This document shows, piece after piece, positions 54,847 to 64,000 of a stretch of 64,000 nt of DNA. Each line of letters opens with the position of its first letter. The first letter of the stretch is position 1. The notes below the pieces were generated by a model, which saw nothing but the letters and a program-made list of their open reading frames with translations, ran no database searches and had not been told where the DNA came from. Source of the stretch: Pseudobdellovibrionaceae bacterium. GTDB taxonomy: Bacteria; Bdellovibrionota; Bdellovibrionia; Bdellovibrionales; UBA1609. The stretch covers positions 2,634-66,633 of the forward strand of contig JAYSTF010000074.1 of NCBI GenBank assembly GCA_043720065.1, in the 5' to 3' direction. The position numbers and the translations under genes were made by a program.

Positions 54847-56073
54847 ATGAAATTTAAATTCCGCCCCCAGGATTGGACCCCCGTCGATATTGAAAAAGCA
54901 AAAGGCTCGCTCACTCAAGCGCAGCGCCAACCGGAGGCCGGTTTTTGGACGCAAGCTTTGAGCCCTGAGATGTGGGAAAAAGTGCGCAATCGTGCTGCGA
55001 CGCTTAAAGGCCAAGCTTCCCGCTTTGTGGTTTGTGGTGTGGGTGGCAGCAGTTTGGGCGCCAAAGCTCTTACGAGCCTCACTCACGATCAAGGCATTTT
55101 TTATTTAGATCACTTGGATCCAGATAGCGTGGAATTTTTTAAAACCCGATTGGGAAATTTAAAAGACGTTCACTGGATTTGGATATCCAAAAGCGGCGGG
55201 ACTCTTGAAACTCTAACTAATTTAAATTTAGCCGCTGGATGGTGCAAGGATCAAGGTATCGAAATCGCGAAGAAAAGTACGGTGATTTGCGAACCGCGCT
55301 CAAGTGCGCTCGCTAACTGGGCAAAAGAAAATGATATTCCCACTCTTGATATTCTAAGCAACGTGAGCGGTCGTTTTTCCGTTTTGACGGCAGCAGGCCT
55401 TCTGCCCGCGGCTTTGTCAGGATTAAATTTAGCTGAGATTGAAAAAGGCGTCCGCTCTGTCACCGCCACGAATGCGGAAGTCGCTCAGCTTATCGCAGCC
55501 ACTTTAAAAAGCTGGCAGCGGGGCGAATGGGTCACGGCGATTTGGACTTACTGCGATCAACTGCGACCGTTCACTTATTGGCTACAACAACTCTGGGCGG
55601 AATCTTTAGGTAAAGCCGTAACGCGAGATGGGTCACCTGCCCCGCGCACGAGCTTTCCCGTTCCATGTGTTGGCAGCCTCGATCAGCACTCTCTCCTTCA
55701 GCAATTTATCGAAGGTCACAAATCTCATTGGCTATGGATTTTGCGTGTCGATACTCATGAGAAATCGGGTGAGAAGGTTCGTGAGGTCGTAACTCAAGAA
55801 ACACCATGGCTTAAGAGCCGCTCTCTTGGCGAAGTATTTGCCGCGCAAGCCGAAGGCACCGCCCAAGCCTTGAGCGAAGCTAAAGTCAGCTTGCTTGAGT
55901 GGCATTGGCCAAAACTCGATGCCTTCCATTTAGGGCAAGCCTTGTTCATGATGGAGCTTATGGTGGCGGGACTCGGCGAATCATTGGGCATAAACACGTT
56001 TAATCAACCCGGCGTTGAGCGCGGCAAAATAATTACTCATGACCTGTTAAATCCCACAGGCGGCCTACGATAA
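54847..56073 (+). CDS. pgi: Glucose-6-phosphate isomerase (short bacterial type)
   Basis: 408 aa. Motifs CGVGGSSLGAKAL and ISKSGGTLETL of the PGI/SIS family are present. Confidence 0.85.
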   Translation: MKFKFRPQDWTPVDIEKAKGSLTQAQRQPEAGFWTQALSPEMWEKVRNRAATLKGQASRFVVCGVGGSSLGAKALTSLTHDQGIFYLDHLDPDSVEFFKTRLGNLKDVHWIWISKSGGTLETLTNLNLAAGWCKDQGIEIAKKSTVICEPRSSALANWAKENDIPTLDILSNVSGRFSVLTAAGLLPAALSGLNLAEIEKGVRSVTATNAEVAQLIAATLKSWQRGEWVTAIWTYCDQLRPFTYWLQQLWAESLGKAVTRDGSPAPRTSFPVPCVGSLDQHSLLQQFIEGHKSHWLWILRVDTHEKSGEKVREVVTQETPWLKSRSLGEVFAAQAEGTAQALSEAKVSLLEWHWPKLDAFHLGQALFMMELMVAGLGESLGINTFNQPGVERGKIITHDLLNPTGGLR

Positions 56074-56076
56074 ATT

Positions 56077-58062
56077 ATGGACAAGCGAGATCTTAAGAAC
56101 AGTGTAATTTTATTCTGCGCCTCGCTCGCCCTTTATCTTTGGCACTTAGCCCCGGGTCTTACGGCAGAAGACTCTGGCAATTTTTTAATGGGCGCGAAAT
56201 TTGCCGGCACGATTCATCCTCCCGGGTATCCGCTTTATGTTCTACTGGCTTCTTTGTTTGGTAGAATTCCCTTCAGTGATTTTGCTTTTAATGTCAATTT
56301 CATGAGCGCGTTTTTTGCGTCTGGCGCCCTCGTTGCTTTTTATTTAGGCCAAAGAGTTTGGCTAAAATGCCAACCGTTTATTGCAGGGTGCTCAACTGTT
56401 GCCTTGGCGCTGCACTTTTTATTTTGGGCGGAAGCCGAGATTGCGGAAGTTTATAGCTTAAATGCATTTCTGTTTTGCTCATTCATTTTGTTTGTCGGTT
56501 TATTCACGGCGCGAAAAGAAAAACGATTTCTTTTTGCCTCAGTCTTTATTTTTGGCTTAGGTCTGTCGAATCACTATCCGTTGATGATTTTGGCGGGAGC
56601 ACCACTGATTGTATTTGCTCCTGGGTACTTAAAAGAAGTTCGAACCCAGTTTTTGAAAGTCATAGGTTTTGGCACCCTTGGTCTTTTGCCTTATTTACTC
56701 TTAGTAATAAACGCGACCCTTCGAAATCCTGAATACAACTTCGGCAAACTCTCCTCTCTCAACATGCTCGTGACTCATATCTTAAGGAGTCAGTATAGCG
56801 GCGTCGACCAGGCCGGTGGCACTTTTGTGGATAAGTTTCACCTCGTGGTCGAAACCGCTAAGACTTTAACCTTTGGCTTTGGCGCTTACGGCCCTGCATT
56901 CCTGCTTGGACTGTATGTTTTAGCGAAAACGCGGGATAAGAGCACAACATGGATTCCGGCTTCGCTCTTTTCAAGTTGGATATTGCTGATTATTATCCTC
57001 GGCTTTAAGGCTGACGAAAGACACTTTGCGATTTTTGAAGCTTACATGGTTCCTGCGGTCGTGCTTGCGGGATTCATTGTGACTCTTGGGCTAAAAAACA
57101 TCGAGCTAGTCGTGGCTAAAAAATTCTCACCCAATTCTTTGGGCTTTGCGCTTGCTCTAGCTATTGCTGTCAGTCTTTCCTACCCCATTGGAACAGCGAG
57201 GGCCAATCACCGCGACGATACCGTTGTTGCCAACTGGGCAAAGTCGCTTTTGACATCTATGGAACCTAACTCCTCCGTAATCCTTTGTGGCACCGACGTG
57301 TTTGCGGTTTATTACACGCACTTCGTTGAAGGCATCAGACCCGACCTTAAGCTCTATGATCAGTTCTCGGTTTTCACGAAAGAGAATCTCTATGGCGATC
57401 AGCTTTTATTTCAAAGACCAGATCCTCTCGAAGCACGAAAACGCTTTGAATTAGCGCTTGCGAAGGACGAAAGCCGTGCGGTTGTCTATCTCTGCTCTGA
57501 TTCTCCGAAAGACATTGGTTTAAAGGTAGACCCACTTCCCTATGGATTTAGGGTGGGAAGTGGCGGGGCAACTCAATCTTTAAGAGAAGAAGATGAAAAT
57601 CTTTTGCGCCTTGCCGCAAGCCCGTCAGCAAAATCAGAGTATTGGTTAAAGCTTAGACGCCAAGTTATTTTTTCGCAGTTTATAAATTATTATGGCGTCA
57701 AGGGGGACGAAGCGTCTCTCGCTAAAGTTCTTGTCCATTTTAAAAGCTCAGATCTCATTGACGACAAAGACTTATCTTTCAAAGTCGCCAACAATCTAGC
57801 GTTAAATAAACGTTATGTAGAAAGTATTGAATTATTTAAACTTCTTGATCATAAAAAATATCTATTTCAAGCCGAGGACTTAAGCAATATCTGTGGCATG
57901 ATGATTCAAGTAAAGAACCTAGATGAAGCCCTCACGTTTTGCGACAGAGGGTTACGCGAAGACAAGGGCTGCCACAAAGGCCTTCGCCAAAACTCTGCCT
58001 TTATCTACCAGGCAAAAGGTGACTTACAGAAGAGCCAAAGTCTTCTCACACAATGTCTATGA
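56077..58062 (+). CDS. DUF2723 (TMEM260-like, GT-C fold) membrane protein with a C-terminal TPR-like region
   Basis: 661 aa. The first-loop motif TAEDSGNFLMGAKFAGTIHPPGYPLY is the DUF2723 signature. About 10 or more TM helices, then a soluble helical domain. Confidence 0.75.
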   Translation: MDKRDLKNSVILFCASLALYLWHLAPGLTAEDSGNFLMGAKFAGTIHPPGYPLYVLLASLFGRIPFSDFAFNVNFMSAFFASGALVAFYLGQRVWLKCQPFIAGCSTVALALHFLFWAEAEIAEVYSLNAFLFCSFILFVGLFTARKEKRFLFASVFIFGLGLSNHYPLMILAGAPLIVFAPGYLKEVRTQFLKVIGFGTLGLLPYLLLVINATLRNPEYNFGKLSSLNMLVTHILRSQYSGVDQAGGTFVDKFHLVVETAKTLTFGFGAYGPAFLLGLYVLAKTRDKSTTWIPASLFSSWILLIIILGFKADERHFAIFEAYMVPAVVLAGFIVTLGLKNIELVVAKKFSPNSLGFALALAIAVSLSYPIGTARANHRDDTVVANWAKSLLTSMEPNSSVILCGTDVFAVYYTHFVEGIRPDLKLYDQFSVFTKENLYGDQLLFQRPDPLEARKRFELALAKDESRAVVYLCSDSPKDIGLKVDPLPYGFRVGSGGATQSLREEDENLLRLAASPSAKSEYWLKLRRQVIFSQFINYYGVKGDEASLAKVLVHFKSSDLIDDKDLSFKVANNLALNKRYVESIELFKLLDHKKYLFQAEDLSNICGMMIQVKNLDEALTFCDRGLREDKGCHKGLRQNSAFIYQAKGDLQKSQSLLTQCL

Positions 58063-58111
58063 GCCATATGGGCAACCTAACCTAGGAAGCGCCGACCCGA
58101 CAGAGGAACAT

Positions 58112-60115
58112 TTACAGCCGGCAATTTGAGAATCTTTTCTGGATGAAGATATCATCTGCCGGAATGCCCGCTTGCTTGTCCAAAGTCACAATCGTTTTTA
58201 GAACGCTGTTTTCACAGCTGGGAAATTTCTCCAGGGCTTGACGCAGGAACTGTCCAACTTGGGCATACCTTAGAGTCCTGACCTCCACCGACGGATTCTG
58301 GGAATTAATTAAGTTAATTCGGTTTTGAGCAAACAAGTTTGCCACTTGGGATTGCTCTGGTTTATTTAGGAAAGGGAGGCCAACGACTAGTTTTTGAAGC
58401 ATTTCATCAGCCCCAGCGAAGTCAGAAGAGTTAAATTCCTCAGCCGCGTACTGAAGCAGGCAAAAAGAATTTTGTTTTGCGAACTCGTGCTGTATTTTTG
58501 CTTGGGCCAGCGTTGAACAAAGGTAGGTGTAAATCGAGCCTGCGTGGTAATTCCAGATGCCGTCGTAGGGTCGCTTAAGTTCTATATCGAGAAACTCTTT
58601 TACCGCATTATTAAGCTTTTCGCTGTTTGGCTCAGCTGGCGCTGAGGAAAGAACGGTGTAAAGGCCACGCTTCGTCGCGGTAAGTCCATTAACCGAGTTG
58701 CCATCGATGAAAAACAATGGCGACGAAAAATAAACTGGAGCATTGGCTTTAAAGAAGCCTTTTGATTTGCTGGCTTTTGTCTCAGGCCGATCATTGACAG
58801 GATCAAGCATGCGGTTCTTAAAGAGTAACCCAAACTGCGAAAATAATTTTATATCCGGCCTAATTCTCTCGACGTAGTGAGCATACCCGATCGGGCCCGC
58901 ATCAGTTTCCGCTGAAACAAAGAGTTTAGCGTTTTCAGGAAGATTCTTCAGCACGACTTCCGCATAACGAAGTGCAAAGTCCTCCGAGCGGCGATTGCTC
59001 TTAGTGAAATTTAAGCAAAGAACCAAAACCGCGAGTGAGAGTGGCACAACCCACGCCGGAACCTTTGGCAGACGCTTGTTGATTTCTAAGGTGCCAGCAC
59101 CAATTGCGAGAGCGAGGAACGCATACGGAATGAGATGATACACTAAATAAGCTTCCACGTTTAATGGCTCAAAATCATTCACCTCGAAGAATTTTAAAAT
59201 CAAACTGCTCGAGAGAATACCCCAGATAAAAACAAATTTTAATTTTCCAGGAAACGATTTGGCCGCGGCATAAAATCCCACGAGTAAAACCGCGGCTCCG
59301 ATATATGTAAATTCGCTTAAAACACGAAAAAGAAACTGGCCAAAAAACTGTGCGGAATCCCAAAGTGTTGCCGTACCACTAGCTTCAAGGCCCATATATT
59401 CTTTACGGATCACATAATTCACAAACTCACTAAAGTTCGCGATTGCGCCAGAGAAAATCATCTCCCCCTCTCGCGACGCTCGCCAAACCATGATCACATA
59501 GGGGACGAGTCCAAGGGCGAAAAAACCAAGGCCGGCCGTCCAGAATCGAAAAAAAAGATTCCGATTGGGCCAAAGTAGAACTAATAACATTGGAAAATTG
59601 AGAAGGATAAGCGGCCAATGATTCGCGAGACTTAGTCCAAAGCAAAGAGCAAAAGTCGCAACTAATTTTTTACTTACACCTTCAGAGAGCTCCAAAGCCA
59701 GATAAAGTAACGCTAAAAAGAAAAACGCATTGAGTGCGTAAACTTCAGCGACTACTGCTTGCGACCAGAACGTAAGTGAAAAGCCGTAAACCAATGCGGC
59801 ACCGACCGCGACGTAGCGATGGTTTAGGATTTTTAAGCCACAAAGGTAAACCATGACGCAACTAAGGCTTGCGAATAGCGCGCTAATTAAATGAATCCGG
59901 TAAGCCACCGTACTGAAAGGCAGATATGAAAAAAGTTTGCCCAGAAGCGTATAGAGCGGATATCCAGGAGGATGTGAAACCCCCCAGTAATAACTCGTCA
60001 TGATGAATTCGCCGGAATCCTCGAGGGTCACAGCATGAGGGGCCGTCAGCGCGTAAATCACGAAAAGAAGAATAAAAAGAGCGCCTGAATCCCGGCGCAT
60101 AAATCCCGACTGCAT
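58112..60115 (-). CDS. DUF2723 (TMEM260-like, GT-C fold) membrane protein, paralog of 56077..58062
   Basis: 667 aa. Same signature (TLEDSGEFIMTSYYWGVSHPPGYPLY) and same architecture. It is convergent with its paralog across a 49-nt gap. Confidence 0.75.
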   Translation of the reverse strand: MQSGFMRRDSGALFILLFVIYALTAPHAVTLEDSGEFIMTSYYWGVSHPPGYPLYTLLGKLFSYLPFSTVAYRIHLISALFASLSCVMVYLCGLKILNHRYVAVGAALVYGFSLTFWSQAVVAEVYALNAFFFLALLYLALELSEGVSKKLVATFALCFGLSLANHWPLILLNFPMLLVLLWPNRNLFFRFWTAGLGFFALGLVPYVIMVWRASREGEMIFSGAIANFSEFVNYVIRKEYMGLEASGTATLWDSAQFFGQFLFRVLSEFTYIGAAVLLVGFYAAAKSFPGKLKFVFIWGILSSSLILKFFEVNDFEPLNVEAYLVYHLIPYAFLALAIGAGTLEINKRLPKVPAWVVPLSLAVLVLCLNFTKSNRRSEDFALRYAEVVLKNLPENAKLFVSAETDAGPIGYAHYVERIRPDIKLFSQFGLLFKNRMLDPVNDRPETKASKSKGFFKANAPVYFSSPLFFIDGNSVNGLTATKRGLYTVLSSAPAEPNSEKLNNAVKEFLDIELKRPYDGIWNYHAGSIYTYLCSTLAQAKIQHEFAKQNSFCLLQYAAEEFNSSDFAGADEMLQKLVVGLPFLNKPEQSQVANLFAQNRINLINSQNPSVEVRTLRYAQVGQFLRQALEKFPSCENSVLKTIVTLDKQAGIPADDIFIQKRFSNCRL

Positions 60116-60162
60116 ATAGCAATTCTGTCAACAAGGGCTAACCCTTGTCATCCGGTAAACCG

Positions 60163-62016
60163 CTACGCGCTGGCCTTTTTTGTTCGCAGCTCAAAGGAAC
60201 TGAGCATGAGCTTGCGAATTTCGTCCACATTGCCAACGAAGTCGGCGCCGTCACGTTCGATCGCTTCCCGGGGCATGCCATAGACGACGCAATCTTCTTC
60301 GCTTTGAGCGATGCAGAAAACGCCTTCTTTTCTTAAAAAACGTAAGCCCAGGGCGCCATCTCTTCCCATTCCTGTAAGGAGAATAGCCATCATTGGGCAC
60401 GACACACCAATAACTGAATTGAACATAAAATCAACGCTCGGGCGGTGCCCGTTTACGGCGTGCGAATTCGAATGAGTAACGAAAAGCTTGCCGCCCTTTT
60501 GGTCGACCCCAATGTGATGATCGCTGTAGGCCATATAAATATGGCCGGGCAGCATAGGTGACCCGACTTCCATTGAGCCGATTCTCAGGTGGCCAAGGCT
60601 AGCTAGCCGTTCCGCCAGCGGCCGCGTGAATTTTGGAGCCATGTGCTGGGTTATCATAATCGGAGGAGTGCTCGGAGGCATGTTTGCGAGGAGTTTTACC
60701 AGGGCTTGCGGGCCGCCCGTGCTAGCGCCGATTAGGACAAGTTCAGGCGCGCGGGAGGGAAAACCACCTCCGACCCGAGTTGAACCGTGCGTTGGCGCCT
60801 GATGACTGTGAATCAGTTCAAGAATGACTTCCTTAAAAATTTTTGAATCGGTTCGAAGATGCTCTTTTTCCATATAGTGTTGAGCCCCATGTTCGAGGAG
60901 TCGAACCACGGCGTCCGCGTCGGAAGCATGCGTATCACTCAAAATGACGATTGGAGTTTTCAGACCCTCCTTTCGTTCGCTAATTAACCATTCATCGCCA
61001 CGAATCCCCGGCATGTGAAGGTCGAGGGTAATTAAATCTACTTCGTTAAAGTTTAAATAGCTTGTGGCTTCGGATGCAGACTTGACAGTCACCGATTCAA
61101 AACCCATCTCAGCAAATAATTGGGTTAGGAATTTACGCGTCGCCGATGAGTCATCAATGGATAAAATTCGATACTTGGTTGAGCTACGCGCCGACGGTTC
61201 CCGCTCCTTAGTCTGTTTGCAAAATACGGAATGGCCCCGCTGAACGAGACCGAAGTCCGCACCGTTCACCGCTTCACTATGGCCAAGGAATAAATGTCCG
61301 TCGTGGCGCACCGTCGCTAAAAGATTCTTCACCACACGCGCAACGTCAGCACTGGAAAAATAAATTAAGACGTTACGGCATATACAAACGTGAAACGGCC
61401 CTTCCGGCTGCTGCTTCATCGTGCGTAAATCGTGTACTCGGAATATGCAGCGATTACGAATCTCTTTACAAATCGTAAAGAAGCCCACCGATTTGCCGCT
61501 ACCTATTAGCATATGAGCGCGATATCGGTTCAAATGAAAATTGATCTGCTTTTCAGCATAAACAGCTTTTGTGGCTATCGCAATCGATACGGGGTCGATG
61601 TCTGTTCCTAGGATGCGGTAATCAAACTTTGGATGCACCCGGCGAAACTCTTCTAACATTAGAGCGAAGCTATAAACTTCTTCTCCAGTAGAGCAAGCGG
61701 AACACCAGACTTTAAACGTCTCGTTTTTATCCAATGCTTCTAATAGAAGCTCCTGGAAAACGACGAAGTGCGGATTTTCGCGAAACCAGGATGTCGTATG
61801 AATGGTTAAAGAGGAAATCAGGTGGGCGAATTCATCCGAATGATTTTCGACATGTTGCAGGTAACTCGCCAAACTAGTGAGCTTTAGGTGCGACATGCGA
61901 CGCTCGACGTTGCCGATGAGCGAGTCTTGGCGCATGTCGCCGCTTTGGGCGCAACCGGTCAGCTCCTCCGCGAGTTTAAAAAGAATCTGCTTGTCACTCT
62001 CAGTTAACATCGGCAT
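60163..62016 (-). CDS. Fusion protein: CheR methyltransferase + receiver (REC) + CheB methylesterase
   Basis: 617 aa. Residues ~1-265 are CheR (WCSACSTGEEVYSFA, GTDIDPVSI, CICRNVLIYF). Residues ~282-385 are REC (ILSIDDSS, DLITLDLHMPG with the acceptor Asp). Residues ~425-600 are CheB, with catalytic contexts IGASTGGPQAL (Ser), TQHMAPKFT (His) and LTGMGRDGA (Asp). Confidence 0.85.
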   Translation of the reverse strand: MPMLTESDKQILFKLAEELTGCAQSGDMRQDSLIGNVERRMSHLKLTSLASYLQHVENHSDEFAHLISSLTIHTTSWFRENPHFVVFQELLLEALDKNETFKVWCSACSTGEEVYSFALMLEEFRRVHPKFDYRILGTDIDPVSIAIATKAVYAEKQINFHLNRYRAHMLIGSGKSVGFFTICKEIRNRCIFRVHDLRTMKQQPEGPFHVCICRNVLIYFSSADVARVVKNLLATVRHDGHLFLGHSEAVNGADFGLVQRGHSVFCKQTKEREPSARSSTKYRILSIDDSSATRKFLTQLFAEMGFESVTVKSASEATSYLNFNEVDLITLDLHMPGIRGDEWLISERKEGLKTPIVILSDTHASDADAVVRLLEHGAQHYMEKEHLRTDSKIFKEVILELIHSHQAPTHGSTRVGGGFPSRAPELVLIGASTGGPQALVKLLANMPPSTPPIMITQHMAPKFTRPLAERLASLGHLRIGSMEVGSPMLPGHIYMAYSDHHIGVDQKGGKLFVTHSNSHAVNGHRPSVDFMFNSVIGVSCPMMAILLTGMGRDGALGLRFLRKEGVFCIAQSEEDCVVYGMPREAIERDGADFVGNVDEIRKLMLSSFELRTKKASA

Positions 62017-62036
62017 CCCTTAAAAAAAGCATGGCT

Positions 62037-63716
62037 TTAGCCGCGATCGTCCACCTTACGAAATGAACCGTCGTCCGCTGATATTCCGTTGGCGGCGTCT
62101 AATTTTTGTGAGGCTGAACTTTGATGCCTTTGGGACAAACGGTTAACTAAACTAAGTACCGCTTCGTTGCCGCTGCTCTCGACGTCAGTCGTTGTGCCAT
62201 TTGCCGAAGATGGCGCAATAGACGCCGCATTGCTAGTTTCGTGCTTTACAAATCGGCGGACGCCTTCAGTGACCTCGCGGATCTTCCCACTCAAATGACG
62301 GACGCGATCGGAAATCTTAAGAATCTGCTCAGACGCCTTTTTGTTTTCCATCGCAGTTTCGTCCATCTGGTCCATGGCTCTCGCGGTTTGCTCAACCCCG
62401 CCCTCTTGTTCGACGGAGGCTTCACCCACTTGATTTACTTTTTCTGAGATTACGACGATCTGCTTAGCGATTTCATTAAAGCGCTTTAGGGCGTCGGCGG
62501 TAACACCTTTGCCATCGCGAACTCGCTCTTGAACCGCTTCAACGATCTGGACGACCCGCTTTTGACTGTCATTAAGAAGCTGGTCAATTTCTTTTGAGGC
62601 ACTACCACTCATTTGCGCGAGCTTTCCCACTTCTTCGGCCACCACGGCAAATCCACGGCCATACTGACCGGCTCTTGCCGCCTCGATCGAAGCGTTAAAA
62701 GATAAAAGTTGAGTTTTAAATACGATGTCATTGATCATTTGAGTTTTGCCACGGATCGATTGGATAATTTCCTCGAAGCTCTGCAGTTGTGCATTGGATT
62801 GCTCAATAGCAAGCATCGACTTTTCCATGCGGGTCATGATCTGGCTGCCATCATGAGTCTTGTCGTTCACGACGGAGGTTAAACTTTGAACTTCACGCAC
62901 ATGATTGGCGGTTTGAGATAACATGCTGCGAATTTCAGCAATCGAGGCGACGGTCTCTTGCACGGCGGCGGATTGCTCGCTGGAAGCGGCCGACAGCGCT
63001 TCAGACGCAGACCTAAGTCCTTCAGAAGTTTGGTCGTTTTGCTCGGAAAAATTAGAAAGGCTTTTAACAAAATTCGAAAGCTCTTTGTCCACCTTTTGAG
63101 TCGTAAACCACATGGAGGCCGTTGGCAGAATTAAGGTCGCTGCTGCCACGGGAATAATCAATAGGATCAACGCCTGAAGCGCCTTTCCCAGCTGGACTTC
63201 ATGATAATTGCCAATTGTCGTGCGCAATTCATCGAGTTTCGTACGCAACTCACCAAGTCCGTTACGCAGACCTTCCTGCTTTACGTTAGCAATCTCTGTC
63301 TTGCCTTCAACAAAGGCGAGGGCGACTTCGCGTCCTACCACATCGACCGCTTCGAACTTGCCCTTAATTTCAGCAATTTCCTTGGCCCAAGGTTTCGCCT
63401 CATTCTCCGTCGCCATAACATCAATGACTGAGAGAAAGGTGGCTTTGGCTTTACGAATCGATTCCAAGTGCTGAAGACCTGATTCGCCCTTGCTGGCTCC
63501 AATTAGCTCAAAGGCTGAGCTCGTATGCTCAAGGGAGAGGCGTAGATCCATAAAGTGAACGCGGTTTTTGTTTAGCTCGGCGTTTGTCGCCTGGAAACTA
63601 CCCTCCGCTTTGAAAATCGCGAAAAGTGAGAGACCACTTAAGATAACGACCGCAACTATCACGATGCCGAGTGCTCGCAATATCCGACCTTGAATAGTGT
63701 GGTTTCTTTTAAACAT
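62037..63716 (-). CDS. Methyl-accepting chemotaxis protein
   Basis: 559 aa. Two TM helices flank a ~170-aa periplasmic domain. Conserved signalling hairpin [27 protein letters not shown]. It lies 20 nt upstream of the CheR-REC-CheB gene. Confidence 0.85.
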   Translation of the reverse strand: MFKRNHTIQGRILRALGIVIVAVVILSGLSLFAIFKAEGSFQATNAELNKNRVHFMDLRLSLEHTSSAFELIGASKGESGLQHLESIRKAKATFLSVIDVMATENEAKPWAKEIAEIKGKFEAVDVVGREVALAFVEGKTEIANVKQEGLRNGLGELRTKLDELRTTIGNYHEVQLGKALQALILLIIPVAAATLILPTASMWFTTQKVDKELSNFVKSLSNFSEQNDQTSEGLRSASEALSAASSEQSAAVQETVASIAEIRSMLSQTANHVREVQSLTSVVNDKTHDGSQIMTRMEKSMLAIEQSNAQLQSFEEIIQSIRGKTQMINDIVFKTQLLSFNASIEAARAGQYGRGFAVVAEEVGKLAQMSGSASKEIDQLLNDSQKRVVQIVEAVQERVRDGKGVTADALKRFNEIAKQIVVISEKVNQVGEASVEQEGGVEQTARAMDQMDETAMENKKASEQILKISDRVRHLSGKIREVTEGVRRFVKHETSNAASIAPSSANGTTTDVESSGNEAVLSLVNRLSQRHQSSASQKLDAANGISADDGSFRKVDDRG

Positions 63717-63831
63717 ATCTGAACCCCTTCGCTTTGCGCTTGTCTTTGCCTGAAAAGAATGAAGAAATCATTGCTGATACCTACATCTATATTTTCGGTC
63801 GAAGTTTACGACGACATAAGGAGTGTGCAAA

Positions 63832-64000
63832 ATGATCCGAACGATTCTTCTGCTCGGCTTTGGTCTAGCGCAGGTGGTCCAGGCGCAGGAACAAAAGACG
63901 ACGTTTTATGGCTACATCAATAGTTACTTTGAAAAGTCCGCCGACCATGCGGTCTTGAAAGCGTCTGGAGTATCGGGCACACCTGCAACTCGAGGTGAAT
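63832..64000 (+). CDS. Hypothetical exported (possibly outer-membrane) protein, 5' part only
   Basis: AAGGAG lies 8 nt upstream of ATG 63832. MIRTILLLGFGLAQVVQAQEQKTTFYGYINSYFEK gives a signal peptide plus a beta-strand-like start. The ORF runs off the window. Confidence 0.4.
   Translation, partial: MIRTILLLGFGLAQVVQAQEQKTTFYGYINSYFEKSADHAVLKASGVSGTPATRGE

Noticed and set aside
1-64000. Scan for CRISPR arrays, rRNA and tRNA genes (T-loop GGTTCGAATCC-like strings, regularly spaced direct repeats).
   Set aside because: Reading both strands by eye, I recognised none. A tRNAscan/cmscan run would be needed to exclude small RNAs formally.

Overview
This 64 kb window is a bacterial chromosomal segment with about 50% GC and dense, mostly minus-strand operons. 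Many neighbouring genes are linked by 1-4 nt stop/start overlaps. Gene content includes RNase Y, SpoVG, PPDK, a MoxR-DUF58-BatABCD operon, a DUF1592/DUF1552 pair, paired lytic transglycosylases and DUF2723 paralogs. This fits a Bdellovibrio-like or deltaproteobacteria-like organism, but that is an inference and was not tested. I found no rRNA, tRNA or CRISPR array.

Most of the window is housekeeping:
- polyamine synthesis: speD-speE
- Fe-S assembly: iscS-iscA and mrp
- zapA / 5-FTHF cyclo-ligase / rny / tyrS operon
- ftsY, and a coupled glyQS-ppdK-smc block
- htrA, pgi

Items worth a second look:
1. A ~1.6 kb AT-rich cassette sits between htrA and spoVG. It carries a DUF222-HNH endonuclease and a divergent small signal-peptide ORF, bracketed by 84-bp imperfect inverted repeats.
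2. A single polypeptide fuses CheR, a receiver domain and CheB. It lies behind an MCP, with no cheA, cheW or cheY nearby.
3. The class II ribonucleotide reductase gene has lost its central portion, and its genuine C-terminus is now out of frame.
4. A promoter-to-terminator unit of about 190 nt downstream of mrp has mutually exclusive hairpins and no downstream gene.
5. A eukaryotic-type AdoMetDC sits next to speE.
6. An SSAT-like GNAT with a roughly 90-aa polybasic tail is coupled to a HUH/Y1 (RAYT/IS200-like) gene.
7. A 2Fe-2S ferredoxin with an RGG tail is coupled to tyrS.
8. An HtpX/M48 homolog has lost every zinc ligand.

I cannot point with confidence to one clearly novel multi-gene system. 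The HNH cassette and the mcp-cheR/REC/cheB-DUF2723 string are my best candidates.
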